From the NCBI GenBank assembly GCA_949358305.1, contig OX442314.1, forward strand, positions 17,174,001 to 17,238,000: 64,000 bases of DNA, given 5' to 3'. Below are positions 44,838 to 55,677 of this stretch, in pieces. Origin of the DNA: Strigamia acuminata. Its lineage: Eukaryota. The notes beneath the pieces were generated by a model. That model had not been told where the DNA came from. It saw only the letters and a program-made list of their open reading frames with translations, and ran no database searches. The translations under genes and the position numbers were made by a program. Every line of letters begins with the position of its first letter. Position 1 is the first letter of the stretch.

Positions 44838-46410
44838 CGGCCGAAAACTCGTTAGGACTAAATACTCATACGATGCGCGCTCTCCGATGGACTCTGGAAC
44901 ATCTGAAATTGGGAGGCGTAGAAAAACGGCTGGGCAGGATGCATTGCCGCGTCCGTTCAAAGCGCATGTCAATTGAAGTTGTTGGACGCAGCTTTCATCA
45001 TATCAGCTTGTTTGTGCTTTATGCATGTGCTCGTCCACTGACGACCGATGAACGGAAACCATCCATTTGGTGATAAATTGTACGCATCCCTTTGTGCTAC
45101 AGGAATCTATTTTTTGCTGGGACATATATTTTGACAAATTATGTATTTACTATTCTTGTACAAGGATTAAATGGCGTTAGTTCCTAGAGATGTTGGCTTG
45201 AAAGCTAACCTAAATGCAGAAAATGTGTTTTATTCGGAGCACGTGAGATCTATATTTTACAATACACCAATTTTTTTTTTTTTTTTCTTATTATCATTGT
45301 TATTATTGTTACACAAGTTCTTGTATATACAGAAAAGCCATCGATATATTTCATACTGAAGGTACATCGACTGGCGCAGATATTTTCTTAGTAATATAAT
45401 ATAATAACAAATATTTAAATTTGTTTGTATTCAAATACATCTTTTTTAAAAATAAATAGAAATGCTTAATCGCTCGTAACAATTTTGTATGTCATAATTT
45501 GAAACTTTGATCGCAACTTGCAAGAATCGATGTATCTACAGTACATACAAACATTATAGAATTAGTTGCCTAATACAATAGCTTACAAAAAATTTGTTCC
45601 AAACAAACCACTTCGTTTTAGATTTCTCAGTCGAAAATATAATTACTAGCCAAGTCTGAGAAAGGGAAGCTTTATTTTAAAAATAGTTTCGTTTCAGAAA
45701 CAAACGTGGCAGAAACAACAACAACAAGCAGTGGCATAGTATAGAACTTTTCATGAATTGATAAACTTTTTTTTTATACAGAACAACAAGAAGCGGTTTT
45801 CATACACAACTTGGTTAAAACTACTTGTAAGGATAAGGAAGTTAAGTTTTGCGTTGAGAAAGCTAAAATTGTCCTGTGATAGAAACAACTAGAAAAACAA
45901 GCGGATGCGGGACACCGTTCGAAAGAGGGAAGAAAAAATTTTGTTGTGCTTTTCCTCAAAAAGGCACTTGTATGGAAAACTAAACGTTTTTATGTTAGTA
46001 ATGTTACAATCGAGTCATTATTCTTTGCGATTTCAATTGATTGGGAGGGAGAGAGAGAGAGAGAATGAAAACAAAGGCACCCGTCTCCAAAGCGCAAGAG
46101 CGAACATTAAGAAGCAGACAAGAAACTTATAAATTGTAGGGGGTTTTCTTTTTTTTTGCTTGTTTGCGGTTAAGTTTTTCAGAGGCGTCGACCTGTTTAT
46201 CATGAGAAGGCAAAACATTTCTCGTCTGAAAAAGGGTGAAAGAGCTGCCATCGTGCATTCGTATGTAATACTGAGTGAAATTCGGGCCGACATCACTCAC
46301 GAAGACAAAACAACATTCAACAACCCCGTTCAAAGTATAGACTGTACAAATTAAAATGAAACGTGTGACAATGACGGAACGGTGAGTTGATGACTCTCAA
46401 CCAACACACG

Positions 46411-48404
46411 CTACTTGGTCGTCAAAATCGTGACGAATGCTGAAACAACAAAATTTATACCGAATGAGTATTACAACAGATAAGGGCTCTTAAATTTCCC
46501 TCGAGATGCCAATAACGGCGCTATCTCTCTTTATCATCATCTCTAGGCTACGGAAGTAATGAAAATATCACTTTTTTAAATGAGATAGCACCGTCTCAGG
46601 CTGCTGCACACTTTTTCTGCGTACCTTCGTAATTAACACGTCCATCGCCGTCTATATCGGCTTCCTTGATCATATCGTCAACCTCTTCATCGGTTAGTTT
46701 TTCACCCAAATTTGTCATGACGTGACGTAGCTCAGAGGCGCTGATGAAACCATCGCCGGTTTTGTCGAAAACCCTATCAAGCGTGCGAATAAATATCTAC
46801 TATTACATTTTTATCATCGAAATTACTTGAAGGCTTCGCGCAACTCCTCTTCGCTATCAGAATCCTTCATTTTTTTGGACATCATTTGTAAGAACTCGTT
46901 AAACTCGATAGTTCCGTTCCCTAAAATTAAGTTAGATTACGTAAGTCGTTTAAAAAGTATTATATATTTTAATGGCGCACCCTCGACATCAATTTCGTTG
47001 ACCAAATCTCTGAGTTCGTTTTCAGTGGGTCGCTGCCCAAGCGAGCGCATCACCACGCCCAATTCTGCCGTTGTAATGGTTCCGTCTTCATCTTTGTCGA
47101 ACAACATAAATGCCTCTTTGAATTCTGAACAAAAATAAAATTAAAGTAAGCCTAATCCGGTTCCATTTGAGCGTGCAGATGCAATTGTAATATACCTGCA
47201 ACTAATTCCTCTGTTAGTCCGTATTCCGACTGCAATAAAAGTTGTGAATAATTGAACTTGTTAGGCGCGACATAACAAGAGTCATCGTTGGGAGTACTAC
47301 AGGAAAGCTCACAGTGCCTAAACGCTACTCTACACGTGCACAATTGGCATTCAAACATCCATTTTACACATTCTGCCGAGCGATTGTAAACGACTGCAAC
47401 AGGCATTCCTAAAATTACACATGAATTCCCGGATCATGCACCCCTGAGTTGGGCCGAAAAAAGAAGGAAAACGCGTTGTTCTCACCAGATTAATCGTGAC
47501 AATGAGTTCATAGTGTTTGGTCTGCGCCTGTCTTTTGGACTTCTTTCCTGGATATCCTTTAGGCGGCGGTGCCTTTTGCGCTCCTTTTTGTGCACCCTTT
47601 TGTTGGGCTTTTGACCCGCTTCCTTTCGTCGGGGTTTTGGGTGCACCTTTGGAGCCTGCCTTTTGGGCCGCTTGCAATTTGGCCCCAGTTTGGCTTTTGT
47701 TGGGCAGCTCGACGGGCGCCTTGTTGCGAGCCTGCAAGTAAAAAGCAAAACGACGCTTTGATATCAGCAATCCGTTGCGTAAAGCTAATCCCCCCCACTC
47801 ACGCCCTGGCGGGAACGAATGGAAAATTGACGAAGCATTGTCCAGTGTAAGGGCAACAAGTCCAAAGAGCCAAGTGCCAGATCGATGGCATTTTTAATCC
47901 ATGCGAGTGAGCGATTGGCAAATAGTTAGTTGCAAGCACTTCCTCGCTCCTGGGAGATCCCAGAATCACGTGATGAATGAGGAAGGAAAAAAAAAGAATC
48001 ACGAACACTCACACAAACACAAGGCACAGACATACAAATAACAGAAAAATATTTGTGAAAATAAAAGAAATAGAAGTGTACAGAGACAGTATAAAGATGG
48101 AAAGAGGCCATACTCAAGCCGCTTTCAACAGAGAAACGGTACGTTACGGAATACGGAATACGGAATACGGATTACGGAATACGGAATACGGAACGGAAGG
48201 GATTGAGGTAGGGAAAAGGGAGCGACGCAAAGTCGCTCTAGATTTGGCCCGCACGTAGCGCTCCAAAAAGATAATGGTTAAAGTGCAGTGAGAGGCACGT
48301 GCAAAATGGGCGGTACATTGAGCCACAGCAGCGGGGAGAGGCAGAAGAGCACGTACCCGTCGCTGGCTGTTTCGACGCATTATGGAGCCGAGCACACCTG
48401 CCAT
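46411..48404 (-). CDS. Calmodulin-like four-EF-hand protein with a basic N-terminal extension (not canonical calmodulin)
   Basis: Exons 48404-48357 ([16 protein letters not shown]), 47731-47486 (K/A/G/Q/P-rich), 47229-47196 ([11 protein letters not shown]), 47124-46981, 46920-~46827, 46773-46625, 46439-46411 (AFVTILTTK*). EF loops are [36 protein letters not shown] and [12 protein letters not shown]. Confidence 0.88.
47803..47838 (-). CDS. Candidate alternative first coding exon (1b) of the calmodulin-like gene
   Basis: ATG CTT CGT CAA TTT TCC ATT CGT TCC CGC CAG GGC|gtgagt encodes [12 protein letters not shown]. Phase 0, with a 71-nt intron to the acceptor at 47731. Confidence 0.55.
48145..48197. 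repeat. Heptamer tandem repeat (TACGGAA)n, about 7 copies, intronic
   Basis: Reads tacggaatacggaatacggaatacggattacggaatacggaatacggaacggaa. Confidence 0.95.
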
Positions 48405-49590
48405 GATTAAAGATGGCAACGCCGACTCAAAACAGACGAGAACTGCGAAGATGTGGATGAAGATCGGCACACGAAGGACACACGCTGTTCACAGGATTGG
48501 CTGCCACTCGCACCCAACGGGCCTAAGCACACACCACACATGGTCTATTTAAACCTTTGTCGATACCCCCCAATAAAAATAGCAATCAAACTACAGAATC
48601 AAAGAAAAATTCAACTTTTATGTGCAGATAATAGAGAAAAAACAGTGGTGATTTGATCACCGGGCATGGCAAGCGGTGCTCACTGCATCAACTGCATGTT
48701 ATTGCAAAGTTACTTTTACTTTTACTGTTTTTTTTTTCTTTTTTTTTTTAAAAACTTTTACTTTAGTTAGGGCTGACTATAGGGAATATTTTCTTTTGTG
48801 CTATTTTATACTCACCTGCGTGTACACTGTATGTTATTTAATATTTCATGTTGCATCGTAATGGAACATCAGGATATCATACACTACTGTGGTTACGTTC
48901 AAGCTGACTGGTGTGAAGTCGAATCGAAGGCGGAGCTTTCGCTTACTGTCGACACTTGATGCGTAACAAAATTGGGATCGATAGATGACACGAGACGATA
49001 AGTAGTTATAACATACAATGCATGTTTAAATGCCAACATTCACTATGGGTCTAATGCGGTTACCGTATTTCTGGTATTAGAAGCGCTCTTTAATGCGCTT
49101 CAATTTCGGCGGCGCTGTGTAACGTTTTTATAATGTCTTGTAACGTTTTTATAATGTTTTGTATCGAATTTACTCATTTCAGTGGATTTTTTTTAAAGTT
49201 TTCTTTGAATTAACTTGAAATTCCTCAAAATAATTTCACAATTAGAATTTTAAATAAGTTTTTTTTAGTAACAATTGTAAATTATTATTAATTTGAAACA
49301 AGCACCCCCGAAATTAAAGCGCGCTCTTAAGTGTTGCTTTGAAATACAGGCGCGAGATATAATCCAAGAAATGTAGCATATTAAAAACAAAATAAATTAT
49401 AATTTGTTTCAACTCAAATTTGCTTCCGTTCTGTTGCTAATGTTGCTTTTAAGTTTAAAGGGGTGAACTAATTCACTGCTGTTGAAGTGAATTAAAAAAC
49501 TGAGTTGTAGTTCAAAAAGGCGCTTGTCGACCTGCACAACACATGTTTTATTTGGACAATTTGGCCACGAGCGAATAACGAGTGGACATT

Positions 49591-49602
49591 TGCGCATGCG
49601 CA
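49591..49602. promoter_or_regulatory. NRF1/Erect wing-type palindromic site
   Basis: Perfect TGCGCATGCGCA between the calmodulin-like gene and troponin C. Confidence 0.45.
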
Positions 49603-50902
49603 CATGTGTCAGATTCATTCAACCTTGAGCGTGAAGGACGGTCGATAAAAGATTTCTTCTTTCCTTCCCTCGTGAAATGTGATGGGAATTCTGTGCTACC
49701 CTCATGGGTTTGCTGATGTACAAATGGCCATGTTCAAACAACACACTACTTATTTACAATATTCATGTGCCATTACGGCATTATTTATGTTCCAACATGT
49801 GACAGACTTGCGTTATAATGGAGAAGGAATATTTTTTTCCTCTTTCCAAGAGTGAAGATTTTCTGGGAAATTTCCAAGTAAATTTAGTTTCTCTCATTTC
49901 CTAGAACGGGAATGAACGGGAATGATAAAATGTTGGTTGTATTCAACAAAATGAAAAATCTAATTGATTAAATTCTTTTTTTTAAAAAAAAAAAATTAAC
50001 CGGATTTCTCCTTTCTTTTTGGTGCTTAAAAGTATTGATTTTAATATAAAAACAAATGCAATTTCCTCGTTTTAAAATGCAATTTTGTGAAAGAAATCTA
50101 ATTTAAATATTCAAAATGTTGCGAACCAATTGCAATTTGAGAGAGCAGTTTATCTTCATTTCTATTTAAAAATTAAAAACAAATCACCTGCCGTTGGAAT
50201 CGCTTTCTACAAGGCTTGTAAAAGTGGTTTAACAGTAAATTAAATTATAATTAAATGTTAGATGAAGATAAAAAATTTAACAGTGTTTTCCCATTTACAA
50301 AATGAAAGCCTATCATTAGGTGAGCGACAGTAATTAGATTTGCCTTACAATTCTAATTCCTGTTATCATCATCTATCGACTTTAAACACTGCGATGATTG
50401 ACATATAAATCGTGTATTCAGAAATATTAATACAATACCCGTATAAAAATTAATTTAAAATTTAAATTTCTATAAATAAATAAATTTTATTGCACAAACA
50501 CACAAAGTGCTTGCACTTGTTTTTCTGAATTTACGTTTCATTTTGTATATTCATTTTTTAAAGCTTTAATATTTATGAATACTATTTCATGACTTTAAAG
50601 TGAAATTTTTATGATTATAAAATTTTTACTATTTTTTTTATCTAGTTTTTCAAGAAGTTTTGAAATTTTAATAATAGTAAACCCATTATTTTACCAACTA
50701 AAAAAAAAAACTATTAATTTGGGAGATAAAACCCAGGACGTAAACGTAAACAGCTCAGAATAAACTGAGAAACTAGAGCTCATTTTGACGATTGCATCGT
50801 CACGTGTGCCACATCCAAAATAGCGGCAAGCTGCATACCGGATCGTCTTCATTTGCCCGCTAGCCGCCTTCTCGTCAAGCACCTCCTCACGAGCAAATCG
50901 AA

Positions 50903-51759
50903 ATGGTGAGGATCTCTGAGCAAATCGATAACATTTTTCCCTTTTTTTTTCAAATCTCATTTTAATTTCAGGTGGAAGAACTAACCAAAGAGCAATCGGC
51001 CAGTAAGTTTTCTCAAATAATTAAAAAATATTTCTTAAATTTTTTCTTTCATCCTTAACCTTATAAGGGCATGTAAGATTGGTATGTGGAGTGTAGTATA
51101 ACAGTATTGATTACATCAAGAAACAATGCAATAAACTGTATTATCTTACTGCACACTAAGTAATAACGAACCATTTTGTGTGATTAGTGCTGAAGAAGGC
51201 ATTCGACATGTTTGACAAGGAAAAGAAAGGTTTTATCCACACAAGCATGGTCGCCACCATTCTGCGCTCAATGGGTCAAACATTCGAAGAAAGGGATTTA
51301 ATGGGCCTGATTGACGAGATCGATTCTGACGGTTGGTTCATTGATCCAATGCTACTCAGTCCAATTGCTCGTTTGGAATGAATAATAAATGAGTAAAACG
51401 ATTATTTTGCGTGTTTTCAGGCAGTGGAGAGTTGGAATTTGATGAGTTTCAGCAGTTGGCGGCGAGGTTTGTGGTGGAGGAGGACTCCGAAGCAATGCAG
51501 GAAGAACTGCGTGGTGCTTTCCGGATGTATGACAAAGAGGGCAATGGCTACATCAACGTATCGGATTTACGAGAAATTCTTCGTGCTCTTGACGACAAAC
51601 TGACTGAAGACGAGGTGGACGAAATGATTACTGAGATCGATACAGATGGCAGCGGTACCGTCGATTTTGATGGTAAGCTTTGCCGTTTTAATTGGAATTA
51701 TTGCTTGATGAAAACAATACTACTTTACAGAATTTATGGAGATGATGACAGGCGACTAA
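50903..51759 (+). CDS. TpnC: Troponin C (arthropod type)
   Basis: Exons: ATG only (50903-50905|gtgag), 50972-51002, 51188-51331, 51421-51672, 51731-51759. Protein reads [30 protein letters not shown]...[13 protein letters not shown]...[44 protein letters not shown]. Sites II and IV are canonical and I/III degenerate, as in invertebrate troponin C. Confidence 0.93.
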
Positions 51760-52694
51760 ATGTAAAATTCAGTCAACTCTGGAAAATTGTTACCATTTAT
51801 TATATCTTTAACGATGGCAATTGTTACTTGATATTAAATGAATTGAATCCGTAGTTTCGATAATAAATCGACAATTTTGGCTTACATGCCTCGTTCCCTA
51901 GCAATAAACTCTTCCAGAATGGTAGCAGCTGCGCGCAAAGTAAAGACCGTTACCATGGCTACAGAGCCAGAGAGAGCGCAAGAGAGAGAAATAAAAAATC
52001 ACCAATGGCTTGAACCCGTGCCAAGATCGTGACGACTTCACCTTGGCATCGAGAGGGAGGAAGGAAGGAGTCGAGTTTGGGATAAAAGATGAGGACGATG
52101 GAAAGAGAGGAGCGTTGGGACAGGGGATGAGGCAGTTGGAGAGGAGAGGACACAGGGGGAATCGCTAAGACGAGGCAACGGCACAACCTCTGTTGATACT
52201 CAACATGGGCTCTTCGGTTTGATGGGCGTGAAGTGATTGTAGTGGGGGCGGGGCTGACTTGTGTCACCTGTTTTCATCAGGGACCGTGTTTAACCCTTTG
52301 CTCGTTATCGATTTTTGCGAAACATTTCGTGCGGAGTTTGTTTCTTCCGTTGAAATGAATTAAAATGACCTTTTACTTTTTCTGGCGATTAATTTAGAAC
52401 TGTGAACAAGGTCGAATAGACAGTTTGGCTCCGCCTCCACAACCATTCAATGGCGGCCGATTGAACGTTACGCAGAAAAGCAAATCACCCGTCGATGGGG
52501 CCGCTTTCCAATTTCTAAAGCTTGTACACAATGGGTTAAAAATATTTGTTTTGTCGTTTTTTTTTTTTTTTTTTTTTTTTTTTGGTTTTTCAATTTCTAA
52601 GTTTGAAGAAATTATCAATCTGAAAACACCGCCTTGTTTTGGACATATCTAATTGGATTATTTAAATACCTACTACGAATGCGTCAATACTTAC

Positions 52695-52733
52695 CCGGGA
52701 CATGACTCGTAAAGAAAAAGTGGCTGTCTTCAT
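52695..52733 (-). CDS. Candidate distal alternative first coding exon (1c) of the calmodulin-like gene
   Basis: ccaccATG AAG ACA GCC ACT TTT TCT TTA CGA GTC ATG TCC CGG|gtaagta encodes MKTATFSLRVMSR. Strong Kozak context, consensus donor, phase 0. A CpG-rich promoter-like stretch lies upstream (52770-52900). Confidence 0.55.
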
Positions 52734-53530
52734 GGTGGAGGGTGAGTTCACGACGCGAGGAACACAACATACAATGGCCCAAATCGGAGCCCAGATCGCT
52801 TGCTGCGAACCCGGTGCGCGCGCCACGTACAAATCAGGTGGCGCTTCTCGTTCTACCAAAACATCATCATCTGTTGTCAACTGCACATGCGCGCAGCATT
52901 TTCTCATTACATTTATTTTATCTTTCATTTTGTTCCGATTATTGTTCTGCGGAAATTTTATTTGTTGATAACAACTGCAGGATTTCACACATGGAGTCGA
53001 GTGTTTGACGCTGAAATAAAAAAAAAATCATTTTGAAAACGAAACTTTGAATTTTAATTATCTCATTACCACGAAGAAAAATTGTATTATTTGAATATGT
53101 GACGAATATTTTTAAATAAAAAATGTTAATTTTGTTCAGAAATTTGTTTCTTTTGATATTTTGTTTTATTTCAAATCGTTTGAATCAGAAATAAATTTAA
53201 TTTTTATCTAGGGCGACCGAGGGCGATCCTGTTAGAATATTTCGAAACCGAACGTTAAACCAAAAAAGGCCATTTATACACATCTCGAATGTTGCGAGAA
53301 TTAACGTGATGCGCAGCTAGTGTGCGCGCCAGCAATGGATGAATACGGTGAATAGTGGCGGTTTTCATTTCGTTCTCCTTTGATCTCCTTCTGTGTTTTC
53401 TCGCTCGAAACAAATGCCCAGTGGTGAATGGCGGTCTAAAACAACTCGAAGCTGGACGAGTTTAGCTTAATAATTACCCACAAAAAATCGTTGGCGAAAG
53501 ACTAATCTGTAAACTGTAGACGCCGTACCA

Positions 53531-55001
53531 ATGGTGAAACATTTGCAGATGGGCCTGCGTGCATTTCTCCTGTTGGCATCCAAGATATGGAGTTTCGTGT
53601 GTTATGTGATCAAAAAACAGACAAGAGCCGTAAGTATAACTGTCTTTTAAACGTGACGAAGGTCTGTTCTGATGTATTGATACCGTTTGTAGGAAATAAA
53701 AGTTAAAACTTCTAACGATTTATTTAAAATTTTGCATTTTTTTGTTGACATTTTACTTCATTTTTCTAGGTGATACAACATCAAACTATCAAATACGAAA
53801 TTCTCCCGTTATCACCGCTGTCAAAACACAGATTGAGTAAGTATGGGGGTAAAAAAAAGCCTAAATATAACTATTATAATTATATCACAACGCCAACTTG
53901 TGAACCCCATTGGCAACGTACACAAAAGAAAATTTGGATGTTCGTGTATAAAAAAAAATTGTTCATCGACAAATTACATAACAGAAAACAGAATTGTAGG
54001 AAATTTATTTTTGAATTGAATAGAAATATTATACCACGTGTATAAATATATATATTGAAATTATTTAACTTGATAAATTATCTAAAAATAAGATAAAATT
54101 GTTCTATTCGCAACAAATTGCATTGCGTCATGCTACGAATTGATTTTTCTTGCTTGGTTTTAGAATAATTTTATTTTTTCTAATTCTTTTTTTCTTCTTT
54201 TAAAATAGGTCTTGTAAAAAGAAAAGTTTTAGTTTTAGATTTAGACGAAACACTCATCCACTCGCATCATGATGGCGTCATTCGACAGACAGTCAAGCCA
54301 GGGACGCCACCAGATTTCATATTAAAGGTTAAACTTTAAACTTAGAAATCTTTACATTTGTTGAAATTACACGTTGAATTTCAGGTCACAATTGATAGAC
54401 ATCCTGTGAGGTTTTTCGTACACAAACGGCCTCACGTGGACTTTTTTTTAGATATAGTAAGTTGGTTATTGTAACTAAATTCGTATTTATTTAAAAAATT
54501 GTTTGTGTAGGTAAGCCAGTGGTACGATTTAGTCGTTTTTACGGCCAGCATGGAAATATACGGCGCTGCGGTTGCAGATAAATTAGACAACAATCGAGGA
54601 ATCCTATCAAGGAGATATTACCGTCAAGTAAGCGCTCGTTTACATCAGTTGGAATGGTTTATCAAAACTCTTTACATCATTTAGGATTGCACATTAGACT
54701 ATGGAAGTTACACGAAAGATTTATCAGCAGTTTGCAGAGATTTATCGAGCATTTTCATCTTAGACAACTCACCAGGAGCTTACAGAGCTTATCCAGGTTG
54801 GAGTTAATGTTTGTTTGCACTAATACGTTTATAAAATGTTTAAATCGTTGTGCAGACAATGCCATACCCATTAAATCATGGTTCTCTGATCCGACGGATA
54901 CGGCGCTGTTAAATTTGTTGCCTGTGCTAGACGCGCTGAGGTTCACGTGTGACGTCCGTTCAGTTCTTTCTCGAAATCTTCATCTTCATCGCCTGTGGTA
55001 G
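53531..55001 (+). CDS. CTDNEP1: CTD nuclear envelope phosphatase 1 (dullard), HAD phosphatase
   Basis: Exons 53531-53629, 53770-53836, 54209-54327, 54385-54456, 54511-54627, 54685-54796, 54856-55001. Motifs [26 protein letters not shown] (DxDxT), [31 protein letters not shown] and [24 protein letters not shown]. Confidence 0.96.
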
Positions 55002-55677
55002 CATTAGGTGAATCAAGAAAACTCATCATTGAAAATTAACTGTATTAAAAATAAAATGTTTTAATTTTTTATTTCTTGTTACCAGGTTTCATTTATGTCG
55101 TCAATTTTGTGACGCTGTAATTTTGTACAGTGTCTTGTAAACTTGTGTATAAAGTTAAATTTGGCAAATAGACACGTTTAAAAACCGAAGATGTGAAAAG
55201 TTGTATAATCCTTTTTTAATACATAGAACAATTCATTTTGAGATCCTTAATTCACATCGGCTACCGATTTCAATTATATTCCTGTACGGTGATTACAAAT
55301 GTATTCTTACCAGCAAGACAAAATAGTTGATTACATCATTTTTATTTTGGAATCAATATTACAACCAATCATAGATGTTAATTCTAACATCTCGTCAATC
55401 ATTTCCGCTGCCACGAGAAAAAAAGGGAACCAAAAAACAAAAAGAGAAAAACAAAGATAAATGGTAGCAAATAAACAAATACGATAAAATTCCCTCAAAA
55501 TGGGCAATCAATCAGGCAGGTTAAAAAAATTGTTATTTGTTACAAGACAACTAACCCTTTACGCATGAGAATTATTATTATTATTTTTTTTTTAAATAGA
55601 AACTAGAGCCACAATTTTTCTCCTTCCATTTTGCAATAGATTATTAGGCCTCGTCGGTGTTTTAAAAATTATTACTC

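Noticed and set aside
52687..52700. ATACTTACC resembling the U1 snRNA 5' end
   Set aside because: The downstream sequence does not match U1 stems or the Sm site. It is better read as a minus-strand splice donor.
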